A DNA stretch of 64,000 nt from Cetorhinus maximus (GCF_964194155.1 NC_135898.1:13578001-13642000), one strand, 5' to 3'. Positions 22,980 through 37,028 are shown, counted from the first letter of the stretch. Numbers and translations: made by a program. The notes: generated from the sequence alone by a model not told the origin.

Positions 22980-24930
22980 TTAAAGACAGTACCAAACTTA
23001 AAAAGCATCAGGTCAGAAGATTGGACAGAACATAAAGAACAGCAAAGAGTGACAAAAAGATAAAGAAGGATGAAAAATTTTGGAGTATGAGAGGAAGCTA
23101 GCTAGAAATATAAAGACAGATAGTAAGAGTTTCTATAGATATTTAAATAAGAAAAGAGTTAACAAAGTGAGCATTGGTCTGATAGAAAGTGAGCCTGGGG
23201 AATTAATAATGGAAAATAAGGAGATGTCTGATGAATTAAACATGTATTTTGCATCGGTCTTCACTATAGAGGATACAAGTAACTCCCAGAAATAGCTGTA
23301 AATCAGGAAATGGAAGGGAGGGAGGAACTCAGGAAAATTCCAATCACCAGAGACGTGTTATTGAGCAAATTTTTGGAGTTGCGGGTTGACAAGTCTCTGG
23401 GCCCTGATGGACTTGATCCTCGGGTCTTGAAAGAAGTGCTAGTGAGTTGTTGATGCATTGGTTTTAATTTTTTCCAAAACTCCCTAGATTCAGAGAAGGT
23501 TCCAAATAGCAAATGTAACTCCTTTACTCAAAAAGGGATGGAGACAGAAAGCGCAGGAAACTACAGGCTAGTTAGCTTAACATCTGTCCTAGGGAAAATG
23601 TAAGAAGCTATTATTAAAGATGTTATAGCAGGGCACTTAGAAAGTTTCAGGCACACAAGCAGAGTCAACATGCTTTTGAGAAACGGAAATAATGTTTAAC
23701 CAATTTATTGGAGTTCTTTGAAAGAATCACATGTACTTTGGATAAAGGGGAACTGGTGGATGTACTGGACTTAGATTTCCAGGAGGCATTTGATAAGGTG
23801 CCACAACAAAGGTTATTGCAGAAAATAAAAGCTCATGGCGTGGGGGTAACACATTGGCTGGATTGAAGATTGGCTAGCTAACGGGAAACAGAGACTAGGC
23901 ATAAATGGGTAATGTTCTGGTTGGCAGGCTGTAACAAGTTATGTTCCACAGGAATCAGTGCTGAGGACTCAACTGTTTACAATTTATATAAATAACTTGG
24001 ATGAAGGGACAGAAGATATGTTTGCTGAATTTGCTGATGACACAAAGATAGGTGAGAAAGTAATTTGTGAAGAGGACATAAGGAGGCTACAAAGTGACAT
24101 AGATAGGTTAAGTGAGTCGGCAAAGAGCTGGCAAATGGAGCATAAAGTGGGCAATTGTGAAATTGTCCATTTTGGCAGGAAGAAGAAAAGGTATCTAAAT
24201 GGTGAGAGATTGTAGAGCTCTGAGCTTCAGAGGAATCTGAGTGTGCGAGTGCACGAATCACAAAGGCTAGTGTGCAGGAACAGCAAGTAATTAGGAGAGC
24301 TAACAGAATGTTATAGATTATTGCAAGGGGAATTGATTACAAAAGTTGGGAGGTTTGCTTCAGTTGTACAGAGCACTGGTGAAACCACATCTGGAGTACT
24401 GTGTACAGATGTAAATGTGCCAGAAGCAGTTCAGAAAAGGTTTACTGGACTAATACCAGGAATGAGCAGGTTGTCTTATGAGGAAAGGTTGGACAGATTA
24501 TGCTTGTATCCACTGGAGTTTAGAAGAGCAAGAGGTGCCTTGATTGAGACCATTAAGATCTTGAGAGGTCTTGACAGGGTGGATGTGGAGAGGATGTATT
24601 CTCTGGGAGAATCTAGAATTAGGGGTCACAGTTTAAAAATAAGAGGTCACTCATTTGAGACAGAGATGAGAATTTTTTTCTCTCAGAGGATCCTGAGTCT
24701 TTGGAACTCTCATCCTCAAAAGGCAGTGGAAGCAGAGTCTTTGAATATTTTTTAAGACAGAGCTAGATAAATTCTTGATTAATAAGGGGATGAAAGACTA
24801 TCAGGGTTAGGCGGGAATGTGGAGTGGAGGTTACATTTAGATCAGCCGTGATCTTATTGAATGGCAGAGCAGGCTCGAGGGGCCGAGTGGCCTACTCCTG
24901 CTCCTAATTCGTATGTTCATATGTGTGTAT
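22980..24930 (+). mobile_element. CR1 LINE ORF2 (RT) and 3' UTR, antisense in an SLC18A1 intron
   Basis: YERKLARNIKTDSKSFYRY, GPDGL.P, DFQEAFDKVP, FADDTKIG; CR1 tail. Confidence 0.9.
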
Positions 24931-25159
24931 GTAATTTTAAAGGCTGTATTCTGTCACCTCTCAGCTTTCACTTTTCAAGAGAAAAGAGAACCAGCCTGTT
25001 CATCCCTACCTGATACTTTTAATATTCGAAATGTGAGGCACACGATTTTTATGAATAGATAACTAGCTGTCATCTAGGTAGATCTAGGTTGAAGGATAAC
25101 TGGCCCTGCCCCCTGTCTGATCCTGGGTACAGATGTAGTCACATTGGTATGCTACTAAC

Positions 25160-25223
25160 CGAGTGAAAAGCCTGTTCCACAGCCGGGTGCTATCAGTAAA
25201 AAAATGTTAGTTGCCAGAGGAAC
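25160..25223 (-). CDS. SLC18A1: SLC18A1 coding exon 12
   Basis: VPLATNIFLLIAPGCGTGFSL; 64 nt; tag|...|gttagt. Confidence 0.88.
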
Positions 25224-25332
25224 CTAAGGCACAAATGGTATCAAATTAGGAACAAGAAAAACAAACACTCAACAGAGATTAAAATTGTACAAAGTGTAAA
25301 GTAAAATATGCTTTAAAATAAAACTGTCTTAC

Positions 25333-25384
25333 AGTGATCATACTGATCCCCAAAATCACCATTCCAATCAGGGAGCACAGCCAC
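25333..25384 (-). CDS. SLC18A1: SLC18A1 coding exon 11
   Basis: RWLCSLIGMVILGISMIT; 52 nt; cag|...|gtaag. Confidence 0.93.
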
Positions 25385-25474
25385 CTGCAGATACAGAGAG
25401 AAGTGTTTAAATGAACGTATAACTGTTATGGGAGAGTATTCCTGTCGTTGAAGCCTGGTTAATCCACATTTGCT

Positions 25475-28400
25475 TGAAGAATTTAGCGACCATGTCTTCA
25501 CTCCCCTCATCTAAGTCATTGATGTAAACCGTAAAAGGTTGAGACCCCAGTACAGACCCTGTGGGACCTCGTCAGAACCTGCCAATCACCTAGGAGACCT
25601 GGGACCCTGGACGTAGTCTGTCGGGACATGGAAATTTGCCAGCCAGCAGCTCCATTAATTTGCTCAGTACCGTTTCCCTCGTGATTTCAATTTCACCAAG
25701 TTCCTTTCTCCCGTTCACCTCATGATTTGCAGCTATTACTGGAATGTTTTTTGTATCCTCTCTCGTGAACACATAAGCAAAATATTTGTTCATTTCTTCT
25801 ACCATTTCCTTATTATCTACTAATAACTCCTCACTGTCGCTCTCTACAGGACCAACGCTCACTTTACTTACTCTTTTCCTTTTTAAATACCTGTAGAAAC
25901 TCTTGCTATCCTTTTTTACATTTCTAGCTAGCTTCCTCGCATACTCTTAATTTCTTTCTCCTGATTAACCTTTTAGTCATTTTCTACCGTTCTTTATATT
26001 CTGTCCAATCATCTGTCCTGCCACTCATCTTTGCGGTATTGTATGCTCTTTCTTTAAGTTTGATGCTTTCCTTAACATCTTTAGTTAACCAAGGATGGTG
26101 GGTCCTCCCCTTAGAATTTTTCTTTATAGTAGGAATGTATTTATTCTGAATACTCTGAAATATCCCCTTAAATGTTTGCCACTGCTTCTCTATTGATCGA
26201 TCCTCTAGCCTAGTTTCCCAGTTCACTTCAGCTAGCTCAGCTATCATCCCCACATAGTTCCCTTATTTAAGTTTAAGATACTAGTCTTAGACCCATGCGT
26301 ATCCCTTTCAAACTGGATGTAAAATTCAATCATATTGTGGTCACTGCTACCTAGGGGTGCCTTTACTCTGAGGTCATTAATTCATCCTGTCCTGTTACAC
26401 AATACTATGTCTAATATAATCTGCTCTCTGGTTGGTTCCAGAACACGCTGCTCTAAGAAACTATCTCGAAAGCATTCTAAGAACTCCTCATCCAGGCTAC
26501 TACTGCTAATCCGATTTTTCCAGTTAATGTGTAGATTAAAATCACCCATGATTATTGCCGTCCCTTTATCACAAGTACACAATATTTTCTCTTGAATACT
26601 TTGTCCTGTACTGTGGCTACTGTTAGGGGGCTTGTAGACCACTCCCACTACTGACTTATTTCTCCTACTATTCCTCATCTCCGCCCAAACCTATTCTACA
26701 TCCTGATCTCCTGAACCAAGGTCATCTCTAACTATTGCACCAATGCCCTCGTTGATTAACAAAGGCTACCCCTCCACTTTTACCTAGCTTCTTATCCTTC
26801 TTGAATGTCATGTACCCCTCGACATTAAGGACCCAATCTTTGTCGTCCTGCAGCCACGTCTCCGTAATTGCTATCAGATCATATTTATTTACTTCAATGT
26901 GAGCCATCAATTCATTTACCTTGTTATGAATGCTACGTGCATTCAGATAGAGAGCCTTCAGTTTTGTCTTTTAGTTACCTTTACAACATCTAGTCTTGAC
27001 TGCTGATGTATTCTTAGGTTTTTTCTCTCTGTTCTTTCCTGTCATTCTCTTAACCTCATTTCTCATATTACTAGTTTGCTCTCCTGTCTTAACTCTACAC
27101 CTTGAATTGCTACCTCTACCGAAGCTTGATCCCTCATCCCTCTTGTTTAGTTTAAAGCCCCCTCTCTACCTCCCTAGTTATACGATTTGCGAGGACACTT
27201 GTCCCAACACGGTTCAGGTGTAAACCATCCCAACGGTACAGCCCCCACTTTCCCCAGTCTGATGCCAGTGCAAACCAATACCCACTTCTCCCAAACCAGT
27301 CTTTGAGCCACACATTCATCTCTCTAATCTTATTTGCCCTATGCCAATTTGCTTGTGGCTTTGAGGTTATGCTTCTTAATTTGGTACCTAGCTCCTCATA
27401 TTGACTTTGCAGAACATCTTTCCTAGTTCTACCTATGTCACCTAACTACATGGACCATGACAACTGGATCCTCCCCCTTCCACTGCAAGTTCCTCTCCAG
27501 CCCCGAGCAGATGTCCTAAACCCTGGCACCGGGCAGGCAACAGAGCCGTCTGGACTCTTGCTCTTTACCGCAGAGAACAGTGTCAATCCCCCTTACTATA
27601 CTACCCCTCACTAACACTACATTCCTTCCTGTACCACAGTGCCATGGCCAGCCACCTTGCAGACTTCGCTTTCATTCACGCAGGCTGTGAGCACCTTAAA
27701 CCTGTTTGACAATTGCAAAGTCTGAGGCTCCTCCACTACTGTCTGCTCAGTCCCATTACCTGCCTCGCTGACAGTCACATCCTCCTGTCCCTCACTGCTG
27801 ACCAAAATAGATGTCCCTCTTCTAAGAGGTATGACTGTCTTCTGGAACAAAGTATCCAGGTATTTCTCCCCTTCCCTTATGTTGCGCAGTGTCTGCATTT
27901 CAGCTTCCAGATCAATCATCCTGATCCAGAATTCCTCTAGCTGCTTACACTTCCTGCACACATGCAAATTGGCATCGGGCATGGATCGCCTTGGCATGCA
28001 AAAGCTCCTACGTCTCACAGCTGCAACATAACACCTGCCCCGCCATTCTACATTATTTAGCTAATTTACTTTAATTACTTTCTTCTTACGTATGCTACAA
28101 AATTTACTGTGTTTATTGAATTCCAGTACCACTGATAACTAAAGGTTATGTGCTTATATGTGTTTTAGATGTTTGTTTAAATTACTTTATTTTTATTGCT
28201 TTTTTAAATCTTTATTGTTTGATTTTAATTTTAAAGTTTTCAAGTTTTGTTTTACTATTTTAAAGTTTTGGCTCTTTTAATTTATAGATCTACCTTAACT
28301 CGCCCGTCCTAAGCTGGTTTCTCACACACTGTCCCTTAGACTGAGCACTTACCGGCCAATCAACTTATTAGCTTTCTGTGACGTCACAGTTGCTTTTTTG

Positions 28401-28555
28401 GCTTTTTCCCTGACTGCAGCCTCACAACAGCTGAAACAGTGAAACAGCCGCTCCCCAGCTCCCGACTCCCAGCAAGGTAGGCCTCACTCAAATCCCCGAT
28501 CTGTGTTTATAGGCCTTCCTCAGCTCCCAACTGTCTCCCTCAGGTCCGCTCTGCT
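25475..28555 (-). mobile_element. CR1 LINE 5' UTR, ORF1 and ORF2 endonuclease part
   Basis: ORF1 HVCRKCKQL...LQLSNRFKVL; APE YDLIAITETWL, VGVVYKPP, IMGDFN, ILDIVLCN. Confidence 0.88.
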
Positions 28556-28559
28556 CCGA

Positions 28560-29025
28560 CTTCCAATGGATACAAACCTAGTCTGTTCAACCTTTCCTCA
28601 TAAGACAACCCACCCATTGCAGGTGTTAGTCTGATAAACCATCTCTGAACTGCTTCCAACACATTTACATCCTTCCTTAAATAAGGTGACCAATACCATA
28701 CACAGTACTCCAGATGTGGTCGCACTGATGCCTTGTACAACTGAAGCATAACCTCCCTACTTTTGTATTCATTTCCGCTCGTTATAAGTGATAAAATTCT
28801 ATTAGCTTTCCTAATTACTTGCTGTACTTGCATACTAGCCTTTTGTGATTCATGCACTAGGACACCCAGATCTTTCTGCACCTCAGAGCTCTGCTATCTC
28901 TCACCATATAGATAATATGCTTCTCTTTCATTTTTCCTGCCAAAATGGACAATTTCACATTTTCCCACGTGGTAGTCCATCTGCCAGATCTTTGCCTACT
29001 CACTTAACCTATCTATATCTTTTTG
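28560..29025 (-). mobile_element. CR1 RT C-terminal fragment
   Basis: QKDLGVLVHES...VRPHLEYCVWYWSPYL...GLSYEERL. Confidence 0.85.
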
Positions 29026-29873
29026 TAAGATGACGGTTTCAGCTGTGGTGTCAACTCTGCCATTAATACAAGGTAAATTTGCAGTAGTGATTGATAAACA
29101 TCACTGCAGTAACAGAACCTCACTCAAACCAGGTTAGCACCAATAGCTGATGCAATGTAAATTCAAAATTGTGTAAACAGGATTGTAAGCTGTAATTAGC
29201 AGAAATATGCAGAAACATTTTTGAGAGCTCTGCATTCGACTTGCGTGCTAACTAAGCGAGTTAGACCAGGAAGGCTACAAGTTTAATGCACAGACTTTGC
29301 TGAGTTGGCTAGAATGAGCTGGTACGGTGATCGTGGGAAGGTGAAATGTATTTCAGTGTCTGGCTCAGGGTAAGGGAAAAGAAATTAACTTGGATTGCTG
29401 CTCAGTGACCACCCACCCCTACCCCAGCTGGAAAGTGCACGTGAGACCGGGATGAGATGGGCTATGATGCCAGCACTCACTTTAAGGCCATTTGGGTAAG
29501 TATTTAACAGCGTCTCAGCACGAGTCATCACCTTCACAACAAAATTGTGGGAAGGGATGGGGGAGAGCTGTTGGTTTTGGCGTGCTGTTGGTGGAGGGGG
29601 TCGGGGGGTGGGGCGGTGTTGGTGGGATGGGGGCTGCAGGTCAGAATTGGGAAGAAAGAACCTGAATTTATATGGTGCATTTTACAATCTGAGAATCTCC
29701 TAAACCATTAAGTACTTTTGAAGTGTAGTTTCAGTTGTCATGAATCTGGCAACATATATATTGTGGGTGTGAATGTCGTAGGATATGTTATTGTTTCTTA
29801 AATATCACACTGTAAAGAATTACTGAGTTTTATCTGTGGGCCAGTTGATGCACATATCCCACATTGCTCCTAC

Positions 29874-29952
29874 CTGCCTATTTTGTTGGCAAGAACACCG
29901 AAGAGATTTGTGCCCATCAAGTAGCTGATGGTGGATGGCAGGAAGGCCAAAC
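29874..29952 (-). CDS. SLC18A1: SLC18A1 coding exon 10
   Basis: [27 protein letters not shown]; 79 nt. Confidence 0.95.
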
Positions 29953-30065
29953 CTACCAGAAAGAAACAAACACCAGGTCAGGAAATGGGGGAGCAAGCTG
30001 ACTGTGCCTCAGTCTTACATCTCACCAGATACAATGGTTTTAATTTGATCTTTGTATAAACGTAC

Positions 30066-30161
30066 CCAGCTGCAGTTTGGGAGAACACATAGTCTTCATC
30101 ATCCAGATTGGCAGTGCCTGCTCCAGCATAGCGATGGCCATATTTGCGAAGCACAGGCTTC
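30066..30161 (-). CDS. SLC18A1: SLC18A1 coding exon 9 (TM7)
   Basis: [32 protein letters not shown]; 96 nt. Confidence 0.95.
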
Positions 30162-30924
30162 CTAGAAATAAATAATAGGTCCACCTATTAATTTGCACAT
30201 CGGCTGACCTAAAATGTATATTTGACAAAGACATGTTGAAAGTCCGAGCGAATGGAAGCTTCCCCACAGCATTTCAGGTGAGAAAGAAGCCAAAGTAATC
30301 CATTCACTCAGGGCTTTCTCCATCATTATTACAAGGTGGTGTACAAGTGATTCAACCCTTACGTACCTCACCCATTGAGCTGAGTGCAGAGAGTCCCATT
30401 CAGCCAGAGAAGAATTGAGCTTCCAACAAAATAAGAAAATGTATTTCAAACCTTAGAGAAAATTCAGCGGCACACCATAAAATATATCAGGAGACCACTG
30501 TATTGTAGTTTGGTGCATTGTTGAATCCAGCCTTAGCATGACAAATTGTCACTGACCCAACTGTTCAAGAAAAATATATAGTATTCTCTTACTCTGCATT
30601 TCTTTCTTACTTTTCAAAAATTCATTCTTGGGACATGGAATCATTAGAAAGGCCAGCTTTTATTGCCCATCCCTTACTTCCCTGAGATGGTGCTGAGATG
30701 GACCTTCTTCTTGAACCACACCTGAGCCACTTGAGGGGGGCAGTTGAAAGTCAGCAACATTGGTGTGGGACCAAAGTCACATATAGACCAGACTGGAAGG
30801 TCTCCTTCTCTCAAGGTAACAGTGAACCAATAGGGATTTTACAACAATTCGACTACATTTTTTGGCCATTTTAACTAATGCTTTCTGGATTACTAGTACA
30901 GTATCATAACCATGAGACTATCAT

Positions 30925-32325
30925 ACGAACATATGAAATAGGAGCAGAAGTAGGCCATACGGCCCCTGGAGACTACTCCGCTATTCAATAAGATCATGGC
31001 TGATCTGTTTGTGTTTCGAATCCTACATTCCCATCTACCCCCGATAACCTTTGATTCCCTCGACTAACAAGAATCTATCTACCTCTACCTTAAAAATATT
31101 CAGCGACCCCACTTCCACTGCTTTCTGAGGCACAGAGTTCTAAAGTCACACAACCTTCGGAGAGAAAAAATCTCCTCATCATTGTCCTATCAGGACGACC
31201 CCTAATTTTAAAACAGTGTCCCCAAGTTCTGGACTCACCTACAAGAGGAAACATCCTTTCCACATCCATCTTGTCAAGACCATTCAGGATTTTATATACT
31301 TCAATATTCTAAACTCCAGTGGAAACAAGCCCAGCCTGTCCAACCTATCCTCATAAGACAACGTGCTCATTCCAGGTATCAATCCAGTAAACCTCCTCTA
31401 ACCTACTCCAACGCATTTGCTTCATTACATAAATGAGGAGACCAAAACTGCACACAGTATTCGAGATGCGGTATCACCAATGCCCTGTATAACTCAAGCA
31501 TAACATCCTTACTTTTATGTTCAATTCCTCTCATAATAAAGGATAACATTCCATTAGCCTTCTTGATTACATGCTGTACCTGCATACTAACTTTTTGTCA
31601 CTCATTTACGAGAATACCTAGATCCCTGTGCACCTTGGAATTCTGCAGTCATTCTCCGTTTAAGTAATACTCTGCTTTTTTATTCTTCCTGACAAAGTGA
31701 ACAACTTCACATTTTCCCACATTATTAGCATCTGCCAAGCTTTTTCCTGCTCACTCAACTTATCTGTATCTGTCTGCAAACTCCATATGTCTTTTTCACA
31801 ACCTACTTTCCCACCTATCTTTTGTAGTCTGCACGTCTTCGCTCCCCTCATCTAAGTCATTGATGTAAATTGTAAAAAGTTGAGGCCCCAGCACAGACCC
31901 CTGTGGAACTCCACTAGTCACATCCTGCCGATCAGGCCAAGGCCCATTTTTGCATACTCTCTGTTTTCTGCCAGCTTGCCAATACTCTGTCCATTCTAAT
32001 GTGTTACCCCTGACACCATGAACTTTTATTTTCCGCAATGACCTTTGATGTGGCAGCTTATCAAATGCCTTCTTGAAATCCAAGTACAGTATATCTACAG
32101 GGCCCCCTTTCTTTATCCACAGCACATGTTACTCCTTCAACGAACTCTAATAAATTAAACATGATTTCCCTTTCACAAAACCGTGCTAATTCTTCCCAAT
32201 TACTTTGTGCTTTTCTAAGTGCCCAGTTATAACCTTTTTAATAATCAACTCTAACACCTTCCCTATGATGGACATCAAGCTAACTGGCCTATTGTTTCCT
32301 ATTTTTTGCCTCCCTCCTTCTTGAG
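30925..32325 (-). mobile_element. CR1 LINE RT and 3' UTR
   Basis: [48 protein letters not shown]. Confidence 0.88.
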
Positions 32326-32384
32326 GCATTCTGTTGTGCCATAGTCTCTGAAACTCCCCTTAAGGACACACCTTAAGTAGGAAG

Positions 32385-32840
32385 ACGGTTGCTTACTGGT
32401 AACGTCACTGGACCCGTAAACCAGAGGCCCAGACTAATGCTCTGGGGACAGGGTTTCAAATCCCACCACGGCAACTGGTGGAATTTAAATTAAAATAAGA
32501 AATCTGGAATTGAAAGCTAGTCTCTGTAATAGTTTGCACCCCTCCCACTGGCGGGATTTTCCGGTCCCACCTAAGTCAATAGGCTTTTGAATGGCTAGCC
32601 GCAATTTCCTGCCCGCTCCTGCCATGGCAGTGCTGTAAAATTCCACCCGGTGGCCATGAAACTATCATCAGTTGTCATAAAAACCCATCTGGTTCACTAA
32701 TGTCCTTGACGTGACTCCCGACCCACAGCAACGTGGTTGACTCTTAACTGCCCTCTGAAATGACCTCGCAAGCCACACAGTCCAAGGGTGATTAGGAATG
32801 GCCTTGCCAGCAACACCCACATCTCTTGAAAGAATAAATA
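32385..32840 (+). mobile_element. HE1 (V-SINE) copy with a short MITE nested at ~32533-32650
   Basis: gggtttcaaatcccacca B-box; aaaacccatctggttcactaatgtcctt core; HER1-type tail; insert homologous to 45986-46103. Confidence 0.7.
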
Positions 32841-33086
32841 ATGAAAAGCACATGGTCTGAGGCACAGATAAAAAGAACCCTCTTGCTGCCTTACAAACTC
32901 CTGTAGATTTTCTAGATTAACATTCATATTTATTGAGCCAACAATAGAATCTGCCAAGTATCTTAGAAACCAAGCTCCCCATACGAGGAAAATGATTCAA
33001 AATCGACAGTCAAGCAAATATTTCTCAAAACTCTAAGAAGATCCCAACTCTGCCTGGCACAATGCAGAAAGAATGAATTTGCTTAC

Positions 33087-33147
33087 CGGCAGCGATCAAA
33101 ATGTAGGGGTCCCTTAACAGTGTTAGGAGTGATGATCCTTTCTGACT
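33087..33147 (-). CDS. SLC18A1: SLC18A1 coding exon 8
   Basis: SQKGSSLLTLLRDPYILIAA; 61 nt. Confidence 0.95.
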
Positions 33148-33579
33148 CTGTAACCAAATTAACGGAAACAGCAGTGAGGCAAGCTGCTGGATAAGTCCTC
33201 AGACCGTTGAAGAGATTTAGCATGAGGTGCTAGCTTGAATTCTGATAGATGAGGCCAAGTGCCAATGTAGTAAATTATTTATCATGAAGTATAAACCCTA
33301 CTTTAACATTGAGGTGAAAGCAAATCCAAAGACGGGAGTAATGGATTTCTTGTTGAAATCATAAACATATCTTTCAAAGGAAATTGTAAATTCCCGATCC
33401 AGGTCTAAAATAGAATTGAATGACCTGCTCAGTTGAATTTGAACTATACTGCTCAGATATCTTTCGAATTCAGGATGTTGGACAGCTTGTTCTGTGAGTA
33501 GAACAGACAGAAAGAGTGAGATCAGTCTGTGACGATTTTGAATGTTCACTGTCTGAACTGAAAGATGCATTATTCACAA

Positions 33580-34890
33580 GGACACAAGAAATAGGAGCAG
33601 GAGTAGACCATATGGCCCATCAATATGATCATGGCTGATCTTGGGCTTTAACTCACTTTTCTCACCTGCTATCCATATCGCTTAATTCCCTAAGAGACCA
33701 GAAATCTGTCTATCCCAGCCTTAAATGTATTGAACGATGGAGCATTCACAACCCTCTGGGGAATTCAAAAGATTCACAACCCTTTGAGTGAAGTAATTTT
33801 CCTCATTTCAGTCCTAAATGATTGGCTCCTTATCCTGAGACTATGCCCCCATGTTTTAGATCCCTCAACCGGCGGAAACAATCTTACAGCGTCTACCCTA
33901 TCAAGCCTCCTCAGAATTTGTAGGCTTCAATGAGATCGCCTCTCATTATTCTGAACTTTTGGGAATATAAGCCCAGTTTACTTACCCTCTCATCATAGGA
34001 CAACCCCCTCATCCCATGGACCAATCTGGTGAACCTTCATTTTACTTCCTCCAATGCAAGTATATCGTACATACAAACATACGAAATAGGAGCAGAAGTA
34101 GGCCATTCGGCCCCTCGAGCTTGCTCTGCCATTCAATAAAGTCATGGCTGATCCGTTTATGTTTTGAATTCATATTCCCATCTACCCCTGATAACCTTTG
34201 ATTCCTTTGCCAAACAAGAATCTACCTACCTCCGCCTTAAAAATATTCAATCACCCTGCCTCCACCGCCTTCTGAGTCAGAGAGTTCCAAAGTCGCATGA
34301 TCCTCTGAGAGAAAACATTTCTCCTCATCTCTGTCCTAATTTTAAAACATTTACCCCTAGTTCTGGACTCACCTACAAAAGGAAACATCCTTTTCAAGTC
34401 CACCTTGTCAAGACCATTCAGAATCTTCTATACTTCAATCAAATCACCCCTCACTCTTTTAAACTCCAGTGGAAACAAGTCCGGTCTTTCCAACCTTTCC
34501 TCATAAGACAATCTGCTCATTCCAGGTATCAATCTAGTATACCTCCTCTGAACCATCCTTAACATCCTTTAACTATAGGGACCAAAACTGCACACAGTAT
34601 TCCAGATGTGATCTCACCAAAACCCTGTACAAATGTAGCAAGACTTCTTCATTCTTGTACTCCAATCCACTTGCAATCAAGGCCATCAAGCCATTTGCCT
34701 TCCTAACTGCTTGCTGCACCTGCATGTTAACTTTCTGCACACCCAAGTCTCTTTGAACATCAACAGTTACAGGTTTCACACCTTTTAAAACATATTCTGC
34801 TTTTCTATTCTTATGACCAAACTGAATAACTTCACACTTCACTACATTATACTCCATCCACCAACTTTTTTACCACTAACTTAACCTCTA
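33580..34890 (-). mobile_element. Two nested CR1 3' fragments
   Basis: Two CR1 tails (aataggagcag at ~33590 and ~34086); RSHLEYCVQFWS. Confidence 0.8.
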
Positions 34891-35139
34891 TTTTTCAAGG
34901 TTGCTTTTGTTTCTCTGCCATTTCCGCTTCTTGTTCTTTCCCACTACAATCCTGCCCACCAAAAATCTCTTGCAAAATTCCTTGGCTTTGCTACCTCTTT
35001 ACCCATCTTCAAAGCCTTAAAAATCCTTCCTTTTTACATGACCCTTAGGCTCTTTCCCCTCAATTAGTTTCCTTCCTTTTTTGCTTTGTGATGCTCACCT
35101 TTTCCTGCCCTTTCAGAAGTTTGCTTTACATGACACCTA

Positions 35140-35581
35140 TCCTTCCATGTGGTCTTTGACCTTCACTGATCTAATGGTCCAGCAGAGCCTCAAATTATTA
35201 ATTCTTCTCCTTGTTACTATCCCTCATTGGCCTTTCCCCAACCTATCTCTGTAACCTCCTCAAGCTTCAAAATGCTCCAAGAACTCTGTGTTCCTCCAAT
35301 TCTGACTTCTTATGCATTCCCATTTTCCTTTACCACACCATTGACAGCTGTGCTTTCAGCTCTCTAGATCATAAGCTCTGGAATTTCCTCCCTAAATCTC
35401 TTTTCCCCTCTACCTCTCTATCCTCCTTTAAGACACTTCTTAAAACCTTCCCCTTTGACCAACCTGTCTTAATATTTTTTTCAGTAGATTGGTGTCAAAT
35501 TTGGTCTAGTAACTCTCCTGTGAAGAACCTTGGGACCTTTGAATCATTTAAGGGTGCGATATGAATGCAAGTTGTTGTTGT
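35140..35581 (+). mobile_element. L2 3' fragment
   Basis: AFSSLDHKLWNFLP...FKTLLKT; tail aaatgcaagttgttgttg. Confidence 0.7.
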
Positions 35582-35642
35582 GAGGGGGGGCTCTGTAGAA
35601 TCATAAGTCGCTCATGGAGGAGAGAAAAGGCTGGTTACTTAC

Positions 35643-35686
35643 CTCTGCAGTAGCCTTCGTGGGCTGAAAGATGCAGAGCTGGAGAA
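35643..35686 (-). CDS. SLC18A1: SLC18A1 coding exon 7
   Basis: VLQLCIFQPTKATAE; 44 nt; tag|...|gtaagt. Confidence 0.93.
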
Positions 35687-37028
35687 CTAGGTCAAGTAGG
35701 GACAGGAATTCAGTAATTCAATAATTAAAGCAAGTTAGTCATTACAGTGTTATTAATTAAAGCATGATATTTAAGTAAGTTATTAGTTTAAATGAGTTAT
35801 TGAATTATTTTGCTAGGTGCCATGTACTGTGGCATTTCTCTCCTGATCAGCTTTCTCTCAGTTTATTTCTGTGGTTGCGAAATGGAGTCTACAATCTGCC
35901 TGGTTAGGCCAGCGGACAACACCTGCATTTCAAAGTGACACACTGTTCATGAGTGGTCTACTTCATCGTTCTTCAAGGACATAGAGGTTACTATACAAAA
36001 GCAACTGTATAAAGCAAAGTCACACAAAGTGGTCCTGTAAAAGGCCATTCATTTTGAAACTAATAAAATGTTACATTCTGCAGTTCTTTTTCAAAACTCT
36101 TTCCCCTTCCACAATCTCCTAGCGAAGGGGACCGGTGGGTGACTTGCTCTCAAACTTGTCTCTGGCAGATGCCCACATTTTGAGCTGACTGGTTGGCTGG
36201 TCTTTTTCTCCCACAGTGAGAAAGGGACTGAACTCCTTCCTGAGGCCTTCTGAATTTCATAGCTGAGGTGGCTACTCAGGAATCTCTTGTGAGAGTGACC
36301 AATGTGAGGGAGGATTGGAGAGAGAACCCTGTCCTCTTGGATCAGTATACATGTGGCATGGGGAGCAACAAGAATGGGGTTTTAGGAAATCACATTACAT
36401 TGACAATTTGTCTGTCAACTGGTAAAATCGTATTTCGTTAACAAATGGTACAAATAGAACTAATTTAAAAGGACTGCTTTGGAATAGCAGGTTTTCTCTG
36501 TGATTGCCTGAATGGCAACATCCCAGAATCTTAGCTGACACATCTGAGAAGAAGCATCTATAATTGAAGGCGGAAAGATCCCATGGGGGAGCTATCAGCC
36601 AGATTGGCCCATACTAAGCTAGTCTCCAGTAAGGCTGATGTGCAGAATGTGGGTCGCTGTAAGGGGAGAATGTACTTTCTACTTGATAATTATTAGAATC
36701 TGGAAATGCACTGGCCAAGAGTGTGGTGGAGGCAGATTCAATCAGGGCTTTCAAAAGGGAATTGGATATTCACCTGAAGACAAAAAAAAAATTTCCAGGA
36801 CTCTGGGAAAAGGGAGGTGAAGTAGGATTAGCTGAGTTGCTCTTACAGTGAGCCGGCACAAACACGATGAGCCAAATAGCCTCCTACTGTGCTGTGCACT
36901 ATTCTATAATTCTATGATTCGAAATAGCTGATTTACATGAAAGAGAGCATTCACCTGGGAGAACATTTTGTCCATAAAACTTTCCAGTAAATCACGACTC
37001 CTTCACAATTTAACAAAATTTTACCAAC

